The translations under genes and the position numbers were made by a program. A DNA stretch of 64,000 nt from Albugo candida. Its lineage: Eukaryota. Of this stretch, positions 36,010-47,626 are shown in pieces (within the stretch, counting starts at the first letter, position 1; each line of letters starts with the position of its first letter). The notes beneath the pieces are model-generated. The model searched no databases and was not told the origin of the DNA. It was given only the letters and a program-made list of their open reading frames with translations. The DNA lies in assembly GCA_040437565.1 (NCBI GenBank), contig JBDOQK010000056.1, positions 1 to 64,000 on the forward strand, given 5' to 3'.

Positions 36010-38579
36010 TTACTTCGCCTTTTGCTTGATCTGCGAAGGCGTACTTGCTGAGGATTCAAATTCTCTTGCTTTTCGTAGCTGAGGAGACTCAAAGTTGGGA
36101 GAACACAGGCGTTGTCCAAGCTGCGAGACCAGAGTATATTCGCATGATCCGTTAGCAATGACATCTTTGTTTGTGTCATGAGAATGCTGACAGAAAAATG
36201 GGCCCTCAATTTGGATAAGAAGCTTTTTCAAGACACGTTTGCTTCTTTTGCTGCTTTGATGGCATGTCTGACCACTTATTTTTTGCATATTGTCGTCTAG
36301 CTCCGTATCACTCGAGCATTGTCCATCTTCCCTGTACTCTATTTCATTATCATGTGCAAGCCAGGAATCATTGTAGTCAAGACAATTATCCTCATCTTCA
36401 GATTCATGTTCACTCTCATCGGACAAGCTCTCGCCAGGTTCTTCCTCTTCCCATTCGTCATCGCTATCAACACTATAGTCTACGTTTCCCGCTCTAGCAA
36501 ATGGACGTCGACCATTCCGGAGTAAGTGAGATGTCTTATTGAAAGTACCATAGAAAGCTGGACGATGGTTTTCAGCAAATTGTAGCAACTTCATGATACC
36601 AAGCTTCTCATGTCTTTGACGTTTGCATGTCCAGTTACTCATAGATAGTTTTCGGGCTTGGTTTGATTTGGTAAAATTCTCGGATGCACCGCATGCGAGT
36701 TCTCCAGTCCCCTCACGCATATGCTTGGCTGAGGTTTTATTTGTTGCCACCCAGTGCACGGCTTCATCGAACGACGACATATTTCCGTTGCGAAATTTGT
36801 TGTCAGGATACCGGTCTTGACCATACGATTGCACTCCACTTGGGCAGGTAGCTGTCAGAATTTTTGGAACTGCACACACTCCACCTTCCAGGGTGCTCGA
36901 GTCGAGACCAGGTCCAGTTTGTTCATTGCCAGTGGAGTCGATGGACCGAAAATAAGAGACCATAGATTTTTTCCGCTTATTGGCCAGCATTCTTTCTTGC
37001 TCAAGTGCTTCTTCGCGTCTTCGTTTTTCAAACTTCTTTTGCTCAAATTTATCACCTTCTGATCTTTCCTTGTGATCTCGTTTGGCTTGTTTCTCATTAT
37101 CCTTGCGCTCGCGGTACTTCCCTCGCCTGATTTCGGACTCTATAATGTGTGAGAATCTGGCAACTTTTGCTTCCTCTAAACTCACTTTGACCTCGTCTAT
37201 AGGCTGCTGGTGTAGCAGATGTAAGATACGGGCTAATGTTCTTAGCTGTTGGCCGAGACGCTTACGATGCTTACGCATCCTCCTGATCAATTTTTGTGCC
37301 TCAGATGAGAAAACCTGCTCAATATTACCTACTTCCCAGAGCCATAACGCCCTATCACTTGTATCTTCAAATATATTTGGTCTTTGAGGTCGAGCCCCGT
37401 AGCAGTGGCGCTGTGCGAGAATCTTAAATTCCATTTCTAGCCACAGGGAGAGTGTTGAAAGAATTTCACTTTGATCGATTTTCACATTAAAATGTGATAA
37501 AAGTTGCTCCATTAACGCAGTCAGGGTGAGAGATTTGCCTTGTACATAATGACCCAGGAACGAACGCAAAGATGTTGGACATTCCACAATTTTTGTCTCG
37601 TCAAATGCTTCCACTCGATCTTGTAAAGCCAATCGAACGCTATCAAATTGCAATGAAATTTTTCTTTGTTGCTGTTCCGCAGTTTCATTGACGTCGAGAT
37701 TGCTTTTCAAATTGTGGTCTTTCCCCAAACCATAAACTTCCTGCAACATCGAAAACTCTTCTCCAGAAGAGAAGTTTGAGCATCCCTGTAGAGATTTACA
37801 TAAAGATAGCAGATCCGCGAGCTTCTGTTTGTACATTTCGACACGCGTCTTCGTGACAGCATCTAATATGGCTGGTGCATCTTCGACTTCGACTTTGTCA
37901 CATTTGCCTGCGTCGTTTGTGTCCTCCACTAAAGTTAAGCTAGTGGCAGTAGTTGTACTGAGAACATCATCTTGCGTTTCATGCTCCTTTTTTCGGTTCT
38001 TTTTTACTTTTGTAATTAGTTCTTCGTTTATCTCGTCAAATTCCCTGCGGGTAGACATTTGACCTCGTTGAGGTTGCCGAACACTCGATGTTTCTATCTT
38101 ATCCCGTTTGGATCGTTTCTTATTGGATTTTGTATAATCCTCCATTAGAACTCCAGTAGAATTTACGTTCGTGTCGGGTGTAATTCTCATTGACTCTGTG
38201 GCTTGTGCTGCTTCCAAAAGATGCTTCTCAATGATATCCGATTGAAAGCTATTTAGGTCTTTCTCTTTCACATCGAGCACTGTCACCGAAAGCGGCGTAC
38301 TTGTGTCCACCGCAGATTCTTGATTGTCTAATGGAGGTTCAAGATCCTTTTCACCCTTGGAAGCTTTTGTGATTTCTAAGATCGTTATGTTATCATCTTC
38401 TTCATTACACACCCGCTCTTTCAACGGGTCCAAATCCGTGGAAGCCAATCCTTTTTTCGGTGAAAAGAACGCGTCAATAGAGACTTGGCGAACGTTCTTC
38501 CGTGAATTTGGATCCTGACATAAGAATGTGAATTACGACGTTATGAAAACCAGAAAACTATTATTCGTACCTCGTCCAT
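36010..38579 (-). CDS. CHAF1A: Chromatin assembly factor 1 subunit A (p150/Cac1/FAS1); predicted coding exons 38571-38579 and 36010-38514
   Basis: KER-rich helix, MKLLQFAENHRPAFYGTF, RRPFAR, DYSVDSDDEWEEEEPGESLSD. An in-frame extension upstream of the TTG gives the PIP box QVSIDAFF, joined to ATGGACGAG by a 56-nt GT-AG intron. Confidence 0.9.
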
Positions 38580-39379
38580 GGTTGCGTCCTGTTCCCCGAT
38601 ATCGAGCCAAAGCCAAAATGGGGCTCGGATTCAGCAGACTTTGTGCGTTCCTCCTATCACAGGGTCTTATATTTAAAGCAGCTCCGACATAAACGCAGGT
38701 AAATGCCTTCGCGAGAGGACTGACCACTACGAGTCAGCCTCTCTGTACTTGGTGCACTCTCCAAAGCATCCTTCTGTCTTGATGCGTTTGAACTTCTCAG
38801 TACAAGTGAGGCATGAGTAGAGTACGTAGAGCGTAATATTGCGGCAGAAAACTCTTACTATCAGCAATATATCGTCAATGTGAGCCAGTAGGTCAAGAAA
38901 AATATTTTTTTAGAGAAAAAGGCTGAAGAAGAACAGAAATACTTCTGGTACTCGTTACGCAACTTTCAACTTTAATATCTATCGCAATACTACAGTGAGA
39001 CTATCTACAATCACACAGGATCACCTGGAAGGCTTACTATCGTCGTATACGCAAAAAGAGTTTATCTTTGGTTGCTAGCACAAAATATTCTAATAAGCCA
39101 TCGTGGAAGAGCTTCGACCTGTTCGAAGACCAATGTATTTGAGCTGCATTTTCTATACCAACGCGCTGGATCTGTGATAGAGAGCGTGATGATGTGTTGT
39201 ATATATGGAAACATGACAACACAGCCTAATTTCGGTCACAACAAAGCGTAATTCTACGAGCATTGTCTATAAAGTATTTACATCAAGTAGGACATCAAGC
39301 TATGGTATAGTGAGAAAGAAGGAGTCACGTCATGGGCTAGAGGAACTCAGCACGGGGCTTCTCTGGCACAAATAGAGAC

Positions 39380-39740
39380 CATGTGATGTTCTCCGACACC
39401 GTGAAGTAGTGAAAATGCTCCAAGCTGCATGGTGTGTAATCAAATTGCGGAGGTGCCTCATAGGTTGGTATACCCAATTTATGTCACATTATGCTATGGT
39501 GATAGGCAACGACTGTGGTACAAGCAAGCTAAGGGTGTATTGGGTGAAAGTCGGAGTATGACATAGTGATGCATCAATCTCTTCCCAACCAGACAAAATG
39601 GCATGATTTCTACTCGACGAATTAAGGAACCTTTTTAGTGCACATGGGCACAAGACGGCATCGAGCCAGAACTACGAATTCATTCGCCAACACAAGACAT
39701 CAATATGCATCAAGTCTGCGTTAGACAATCGCTAGAGGTC
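39380..39740 (+). mobile_element. Possible highly decayed Tc1/mariner-like transposase remnant
   Basis: gtgatgttctccgac (VMFSD) and NYEFIRQHKTSI spaced like the DDE motifs VxFSDE and FQQDNA. No TIRs identified. Confidence 0.25.
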
Positions 39741-42208
39741 AAACTGAATGGATCCTCCCATAAAAGTATATCTTGAAGACTTCTGTACTCGAAAAATGTC
39801 GACTTGTATACCCCTTTTCATGTACTTTGAATGTAGAAAACGTCCTTAACAGTACTATTATTTTGGAATAACACAGTATGAGTCGAAATCGAACCTTCAA
39901 CATGACTTGGATTTTTAGACCTCCTCCGATGCTCTCTGCGATGTCGAGTAATGACGTTATCAGCTGGATGGGTCATTTAGTTCATGAATATTGATAAACC
40001 GGCCGCTAGGAGAAAGCCCTGGCCGTACATTTGCGATCTAGTTTCCAGCAAAATATAAAGTCTGTAAGTTCGAGTTGGAAATTATACGCGTGGATGCCTG
40101 CACTAGAATCACTATAAGGAAAAAATGCATTCCCAGGTGAGCATGGATGCTCGTTTCCGACTGGTTTTAGGGGTAGTAGTCTGTTTGTATTGACAGGCAT
40201 ATATATTTAACACCGTTTGGCGTACTGCTGGTCTTCAGCTTTCTGGTATTGGATTCTTTGCTGTCATAAGAAGAGATATCATTTACGAAGCTTGTTTATC
40301 ACAAGGATCCCAGCCAAATGCAATGAATATCGGCAAGTCAAAGATATCAATTGGGTTTAAGAAAGCGCGCATTGAAAAATCAATAATTCGCGAATGCTGT
40401 GATTCAATTTGCGTTGAGATCTTCTATTTTGTGGTAAGGTGCCACTATCACTAAGTAGGTGTGCCCTTGCGAGCCTTGCGAAACACGACCCGAGTCAGGT
40501 CGATTATTATCGACATTGATTTGGTATCGCACTAGCCACTTCTGCTTATCAGGACCGAGTATAGTAGGAGTGCGACCTTCCTCACTGTAGAGGCGATTGC
40601 TAGCGTCGTCTCATTTGATTCGCCAAATAACCTGTAGCTTGGAACTTCTCGTTTCGAAATTTAATAATTATACCACACGCACATAACGTGAAGTCTGATT
40701 CTGTGGCAATGTCGGACGCAGAAGTACTTCAGTACAAACCACGCCTTGGCAACTTGAGCGTTTCTGAGAAAATTAATGAGGCGGAAATGTTGAAGGCTCA
40801 TTAATTTTCTCAGAAACGCTCAAGTTGCCAAGGCGTGGTTTGTACTGAAGTACTTCTGCGTCNNNNNNNNNNNNNNNNNNNNNNNNNNNNNNNNNNNNNN
40901 NNNNNNNNNNNNNNNNNNNNNNNNNNNNNNNNNNNNNNNNNNNNNNNNNNNNNNNNNNNNNNGGTTGGTATACCCAATTTATGTCACATTATGCTATGGT
41001 GATAGGCAACGACTGTGGTACAAGCAAGCTAAGGGTGTATTGGGTGAAAGTCGGAGTATGACATAGTGATGCATCAATCTCTTCCCAACCAGACAAAATG
41101 GCATGATTTCTACTCGACGAATTAAGGAACCTTTTTAGTGCACATGGGCACAAGACGGCATCGAGCCAGAACTACGAATTCATTCGCCAACACAAGACAT
41201 CAATATGCATCAAGTCTGCGTTAGACAATCGCTAGAGGTCAAACTGAATGGATCCTCCCATAAAAGTATATCTTGAAGACTTCTGTACTCGAAAAATGTC
41301 GACTTGTATACCCCTTTTCATGTACTTTGAATGTAGAAAACGTCCTTAACAGTACTATTATTTTGGAATAACACAGTATGAGTCGAAATCGAACCTTCAA
41401 CATGACTTGGATTTTTAGACCTCCTCCGATGCTCTCTGCGATGTCGAGTAATGACGTTATCAGCTGGATGGGTCATTTAGTTCATGAATATTGATAAACC
41501 GGCCGCTAGGAGAAAGCCCTGGCCGTACATTTGCGATCTAGTTTCCAGCAAAATATAAAGTCTGTAAGTTCGAGTTGGAAATTATACGCGTGGATGCCTG
41601 CACTAGAATCACTATAAGGAAAAAATGCATTCCCAGGTGAGCATGGATGCTCGTTTCCGACTGGTTTTAGGGGTAGTAGTCTGTTTGTATTGACAGGCAT
41701 ATATATTTAACACCGTTTGGCGTACTGCTGGTCTTCAGCTTTCTGGTATTGGATTCTTTGCTGTCATAAGAAGAGATATCATTTACGAAGCTTGTTTATC
41801 ACAAGGATCCCAGCCAAATGCAATGAATATCGGCAAGTCAAAGATATCAATTGGGTTTAAGAAAGCGCGCATTGAAAAATCAATAATTCGCGAATGCTGT
41901 GATTCAATTTGCGTTGAGATCTTCTATTTTGTGGTAAGGTGCCACTATCACTAAGTAGGTGTGCCCTTGCGAGCCTTGCGAAACACGACCCGAGTCAGGT
42001 CGATTATTATCGACATTGATTTGGTATCGCACTAGCCACTTCTGCTTATCAGGACCGAGTATAGTAGGAGTGCGACCTTCCTCACTGTAGAGGCGATTGC
42101 TAGCGTCGTCTCATTTGATTCGCCAAATAACCTGTAGCTTGGAACTTCTCGTTTCGAAATTTAATAATTATACCACACGCACATAACGTGAAGTCTGATT
42201 CTGTGGCA

Positions 42209-42859
42209 ATGTCGGACGCAGAAGTACTTCAGTACAAACCACGCCTTGGCAACTTGAGCGTTTCTGAGAAAATTAATGAGGCGGAAATGTTGAAGGCTCA
42301 AGGGAACATATATGTCAAGTCGGGTGATTACAATCGCGCTCTATCGAAATATGCAATGGTACGATTTTCTTGAATATGAAGCTCTAATGAGTTACTTTAT
42401 TGCTCCCAACTCGTGCAGGTATTTGCATACGTCAATGGACTGTTTACGAAGTCGGATTCAATGGCAATGTATAGTTCTAAGAGTGAAGCAGCAATGCTTT
42501 GTGGTCAGGATGAAGCACAGAAGATTCAGCTGTTAAAGCAAGCTGTATGGTCAAATATGGCACTATGCTACTTGAAAACTGATAAGCCTGCTAAAGCTAT
42601 AGAAGTTTGTGATAAAATTTTGAGTTTGGACTGTCTCCATTCGAAGGCTCTGTTTCGAAAAAGTCAAGCACTAGCTCATATGCACCATTACGATCGGGCA
42701 AAGGCGATCTTGAGGCAATTAGTAGAAAAGGAGCCTTCCAACTCGATAGTAAGGAAGGAATACGTCGCTGTCAGTCAATTCGAAAAAAAAGTGCAGAAAG
42801 AAGAAAACAGTAAAAGCTCATTTGCAAACATCTTCAATAAAAATTCTTGCTCCATGTAA
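42209..42859 (+). CDS. TPR protein (TTC9/FKBP-type co-chaperone TPR); exons 42209-42358, 42419-42859
   Basis: AEMLKAQGNIYVKSGDYNRALSKY | VFAYVNGL..VWSNMALCYLK..AIEVCDKILSLD..KALFRKSQA; 60-nt GT-AG intron. Confidence 0.88.
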
Positions 42860-42898
42860 ACTCGAAGTCATCTGACAAACACGTGCACTTTGCATTCT

Positions 42899-44644
42899 TT
42901 ATTCCCGACCAGCGGATCTTAAATGCGGCGCAACACGCTCAGCAATTCGTGACATAAAGGGACCATAGCTATGACCAAACTGAGTTGTAATAACTGGTGG
43001 AATCAAATCGGAGACGTCTACATTGATTCCATCGGTTAGTTTATCATCAAATGCTTTGATTGCAGCACATCCACTCGCGACTTTGTCATTTCCATGCATG
43101 TTAGAGACCCAAAAGAGATTGGACAGAACAGCATCACGCGTTGAAAAGACATTGATCATTCTACCTCCATTTGCGGAATCAATTTCGTCGGTAACGACTT
43201 TTAATTTTGAGCACTCTGGAATAAACGCACCGCCAAAAAATACCGCATTTGTGACGAAACGCTCTTCCGTATCCCGCTCTTGACGAATACGAGCCAACTC
43301 TTGCAGTGCTTGAAATATCACCGCTGCACCTAGTGAATGCCCGAATAAACTCACTTTACGATTTTTTGTGATCGCAGGTTGAGACGCCAAAACGTGTGCT
43401 AACATTATTCCAATGAGATTCGCTTTATTTTGCGCTTTGTGCCAGGGATTTCCGGCAAAATGAGACACTATTGACGAGATCGCGGAGACCGAGTTGACAG
43501 TACTGCTACCAAATCCGTTTTTTTGTCCTAATAAATTGTTCGCATTTGTACAAAACTGATTCCAATCTTCGATGCTGCCTGCCTCCCAATAGACATTGTA
43601 AAGAACGTGCTGGGACTCCTCAGCGCTCATCGAATTCTCAGTACAGCTTTGTTTGTCAAGAGANNNNNNNNNNNNNNNNNNNNNNNNNNNNNNNNNNNNN
43701 NNNNNNNNNNNNNNNNNNNNNNNNNNNNNNNNNNNNNNNNNNNNNNNNNNNNNNNNNNNNNNNTGAGACGCCAAAACGTGTGCTAACATTATTCCAATGA
43801 GATTCGCTTTATTTTGCGCTTTGTGCCAGGGATTTCCGGCAAAATGAGACACTATTGACGAGATCGCGGAGACCGAGTTGACAGTACTGCTACCAAATCC
43901 GTTTTTTTGTCCTAATAAATTGTTCGCATTTGTACAAAACTGATTCCAATCTTCGATGCTGCCTGCCTCCCAATAGACATTGTAAAGAACGTGCTGGGAC
44001 TCCTCAGCGCTCATCGAATTCTCAGTACAGCTTTGTTTGTCAAGAGACGTCGCCTTCCATGAACTCCAATTACGTAAAGGATCAGCGCTCTGTGTCATAA
44101 ACCCATTAATACAAAAGATCACATGATCGCTTTGGCTTTCTTCCCCGCACATGTGCTCAATCTTCATCTGTTCAATAACTCTTCGATTTTTGATCAAATT
44201 GATCGAAGCTTGCGCCCCATCAAATGCACTGGACCAAAGAGATGTTGCTGAGGTCCCACCACTAGTTTTGGCATCTTGTGTCATCGAGGAACGATTTGAG
44301 GCGTTGTGCGAAACTGGGCGCATCCATGCATTCAACGCACCAAAAACTCCACCCGTAGCGGCAGCCACAACGTCAGCGAATTGATACTCTTGAACATGTT
44401 TCTTGTTGACTTCATTTCTGACGTCTGACACTAAATGTTGAATTTCTGCCTGATACAAAAGTCGCATTTGTAGTTGCACGTGGCACATTATCAAATTGTA
44501 ATCTTCTCTTTCATTGCACCCAGCACTCAGGACGTCTATTTTGCTCTGAATTCCAGCAAATTTCTCTTGATTTGCAATATCGCGCTTGCGTAATATCGCA
44601 AGATCGACCGAAATTCGCTCAAGTGGTTCTTTGTACCGAGTCAT
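42899..44644 (-). CDS. DUF726/TMCO4-like alpha/beta-hydrolase-fold protein, possibly 5'-truncated; internal gap duplicate
   Basis: VIFCINGF, NPWHKAQNKANLIGIMLA, VSLFGHSLGAAVIF (GxSxG), INVFSTRDAVL, GHSY. Confidence 0.8.
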   Translation of the reverse strand: MTRYKEPLERISVDLAILRKRDIANQEKFAGIQSKIDVLSAGCNEREDYNLIMCHVQLQMRLLYQAEIQHLVSDVRNEVNKKHVQEYQFADVVAAATGGVFGALNAWMRPVSHNASNRSSMTQDAKTSGGTSATSLWSSAFDGAQASINLIKNRRVIEQMKIEHMCGEESQSDHVIFCINGFMTQSADPLRNWSSWKATSLDKQSCTENSMSAEESQHVLYNVYWEAGSIEDWNQFCTNANNLLGQKNGFGSSTVNSVSAISSIVSHFAGNPWHKAQNKANLIGIMLAHVLASXXXXXXXXXXXXXXXXXXXXXXXXXXXXXXXXXXSLDKQSCTENSMSAEESQHVLYNVYWEAGSIEDWNQFCTNANNLLGQKNGFGSSTVNSVSAISSIVSHFAGNPWHKAQNKANLIGIMLAHVLASQPAITKNRKVSLFGHSLGAAVIFQALQELARIRQERDTEERFVTNAVFFGGAFIPECSKLKVVTDEIDSANGGRMINVFSTRDAVLSNLFWVSNMHGNDKVASGCAAIKAFDDKLTDGINVDVSDLIPPVITTQFGHSYGPFMSRIAERVAPHLRSAGRE

Positions 44645-45015
44645 CAAAACTGACCATAATTGGATAAAAAACTAGGGAATTGTTATTTCCACCACACTTT
44701 TTACTATTTCCACCACACCATGACTTTTAATATCACAGGCGCACCACACCACACTACACAAAACCATTCACTCAATTTCGCTCTCAATCGCCCGATCTCT
44801 TCGCTCTCATTCGCTCAGTCTCGCCCTCATTTGCTAGAAGTTCTGGAAAGGTCGTGTTTATCAACCTTGTCAAGGCGTCTGGTTTATCTACTTGGCTAAT
44901 TTTTGTCAAACGACTCTACACAAACTAACTAAATTCTACTTCCTAAATCCCTGGCGTACCGATTTTACCTTTGTTCTTTTTAACTTCGTTTTGATTGCAA
45001 CAACCGATTTGTCCT

Positions 45016-45705
45016 CTAGCAGTGTGACAGCGGTTGTGGTTGTTCCTGCCGTTGTGGCCATGTATCAAGGCGGGGGCCAAGCAAACCCCGCCATTGACGG
45101 ACGAAGGACGCATCAAAGTTGCAACACAACGGCCCAAAGTAGAATGGCAGGAGAGGCCCATTGTCCAACAGCTGAGGGACTTGGAAATGGCTCGTGGCCG
45201 GCGTGAACATCATTGGGATCAAACGCGCACCGGGAACGAAATCGCTCGGAATAAACGTGAATGACGAAGTCCGGAAGCCGTTGTCATTGTGCAGCAGAAC
45301 GAATGGCCGGGCGAAAGTGTTTGCGGCAATTATCATATGTTGTGGCGCACAGAACCAGTAGCCGTAACCGGCCGGCGATTCGGCGTGCTCGGTTTCTTGC
45401 GCGAATCTCTCAAGGTTGACAGGCGAACCTCGCTTCGACAGTTGCTCGATGTAAAATTCCTTGTTGTTGCGAAGATGCGTGGCCATGCTAATTCGCACTG
45501 TGGGCCATGCATCCTCCTTCCCGAACAACGCCAAAGCCACAGCACGAAAGCCGCAGTATCCGTCACCCTGCACGTCCGTCATATCTTCTCCAGCGCAGAA
45601 GCTCAGGGTGCCGGCGGCTTGGCCGTACTTTTCTTTCCCTTCTCTAGGCACATCTCCTCCTCCTCCAGGCGCATTTTCATTTTCTCGTTCAGCTTCTACG
45701 GGCAT
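45016..45705 (-). CDS. OTU-like cysteine protease ORF inside the MULE
   Basis: DVQGDGYCGFRAVALAL (OTU D..C motif), W, IAANTFARP, SHF (His). Uninterrupted 229-aa frame. Confidence 0.8.
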   Translation of the reverse strand: MPVEAERENENAPGGGGDVPREGKEKYGQAAGTLSFCAGEDMTDVQGDGYCGFRAVALALFGKEDAWPTVRISMATHLRNNKEFYIEQLSKRGSPVNLERFAQETEHAESPAGYGYWFCAPQHMIIAANTFARPFVLLHNDNGFRTSSFTFIPSDFVPGARLIPMMFTPATSHFQVPQLLDNGPLLPFYFGPLCCNFDASFVRQWRGLLGPRLDTWPQRQEQPQPLSHC

Positions 45706-47626
45706 AAGCGTTTGTTATGGTTGGGTTCGCCGCACAGACTGCAATGACGGCGACGTTTTGTGGCATGCTCAAATCCGGATGGATCTCGCTTTGTCGACGA
45801 CTTTTGCTTGTTTTTGGTCCCAGCTGACCTGCCCTTGGATTTCACCACAGCGGGATCGCCGAGCGACGGCATCTGACCAGCCAGCAACTTGTCAATCAGC
45901 GCGCAAGCGATCGCGCGTTTGGCTGTGGGCCATGATCTGGATACCTCCTGCAGCCGATCCAATGCACTGCTCAGCTCCGAGATGCGAACCTGGCCGTCCT
46001 CACCCGGATGTTGGTAATTCAGGTGCCAATGCTGTGCAATGAAACCAAGACCGATTGGTTCCTTTCCGCACAATTTGCTTATGTAATGAGCACAGGGTAG
46101 GCCAAGCGTTGTGCTGAATGCACCGCTGCACTCCCGTAATGGTTGATTGGTAGCCGCACTGCAGACCATCAAATCACGCTGCGTATCGATCAATCGCAAC
46201 GCGTGCTGTGATATGGCACCTCTCAAATCCGCATATGCCGGAATTTTTCGTAAAAAATGCGGCATTCTGGTTTGCTGCGTCTCAACAGCGGCGCGGAATT
46301 CTTTGACTTGATTCGTCTAAAGCTGGGCAATGCGCTCTTTAACGCCGTGCAGGTCGCCGGTGCTGATCTGCAAGTACCGCTTCAGTGATGCATGAGCCCC
46401 CTCTGCCGTCGATGTTAATGTATTACGGAGATGTTGGCAATCGCTTGTTCAAGCTACGACAAACTTCTCTTTGTGCACAAGCCATGTTTCACTGAGATAC
46501 GTGCACACTGCCGGCAAATCCGAAAACTTGGTAAAAATGTGATCCTTGCGTAATTGGAACTCGTCAGGTGTGCGGGCCTGACAAAGGCCGGTCCACAGCT
46601 GCAGAAGTGCCTCAGGGTGATCGTTTTCTTTGAAATGTGCCTTTGTCTTTGCGAGAACATTCTACTCAATATGCCACAAGCACAAAAGGTGGCGGGAGTC
46701 AGGAGCTACACGTGCGAGTGCTGCTGCCAATGACGCATCTGCATCGGAGACTACCACAGCCGGAATTGCTTCATTGACATACAGCTGGCCGACCTCCTTC
46801 AAAGCCCACACATAATCAAGTTCAGCTTCTCCGCTCAGAAAGGCGAAGCCAATCGAGAAGCTGGTGTTCAAGTTTGTGTGGCCGACAAAGTGCAGCAACG
46901 GTATCCGGAACCGGTTGGTATTGTAAGTGCAATCTAACAAGAGCACTGAACTGAACTATTTGGCGAGCGCCACAGAGTTGACATGCGCAAAAAAGAGTCG
47001 TTTGACACTGCCATCGCCGCTGCATTCGAGCGCGCGATAGAATTCGTCGGATTCAAGCTCGTCCATCAGCGCTTGAATAGGCGTTCGGCCGTCCAGTATT
47101 ACGCGTCGACGTTTGATGTGGCGTTATAGATCGTTCTTGCGATCGCCAAACTTGCTGGGTCTTCTTGGCGTAATGATGTAAGCACTTGGCGCGCGGGCAT
47201 ACCAGCTGCTATCATCTTCTCGACAGACTCTGTTGCGTCATTGTTCAGACGCCGGCAACTCGGATGTCCAGCAAGGTTGGGTGAGGGGTTGCGGTTGTGC
47301 TCGCCGCACTTCACTTCGAGATGCCATCCATCGTTCCGCTGAATTCCAATAGCTTTCCACTTGCAGTCGGTCATACGTGTCCCGCTTTCCCGTTGGTTCT
47401 TTTCTGGAACAAGGTTGACTGCTTTGCGCTTTCGAAATGAGCCGCCAAAGTCACAACCAAGTTCCACACGCGGATGGGTGCGCGTTTTGTTCGACCGTTT
47501 GATTGTTAACGCGAAACCTGTCTCGAGTCCGTACTTCTTGACATGATCTATAAGTGCTTCTCGATCCACAAAGACCATATGTGTGTTGAGTTCGGCCTTT
47601 CTGTTGGAGTCTCCGGTTATAAGCAC
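45696..47626 (-). pseudogene. MULE/FAR1-type transposase, disrupted
   Basis: FAR1-like GFALTIKRS..C..CKW..HN; LLLDCTYNTNRFRIPLL; VVVSDADASL; HLLCLWHI; SWIM-like CSGAFSTTLGLPCAH; CSLCGEPNHNKRLC knuckle. Several stops and frameshifts. Confidence 0.9.

Noticed and set aside
40715-40862. Perfect ~62-bp inverted repeat (hairpin / miRNA-like)
   Set aside because: The fold-back lies at a contig end and is absent from the second copy at 42215-42300; chimeric read artefact.
39463-42300. Apparent 1.3-kb duplication including a second TPR gene start
   Set aside because: Identical at offset 1500 across a 100-N gap; assembly artefact.
43380-44047. Internal repeat in the DUF726 protein
   Set aside because: Identical overlap around an N gap; the true protein is ~128 aa shorter than the ORF track.
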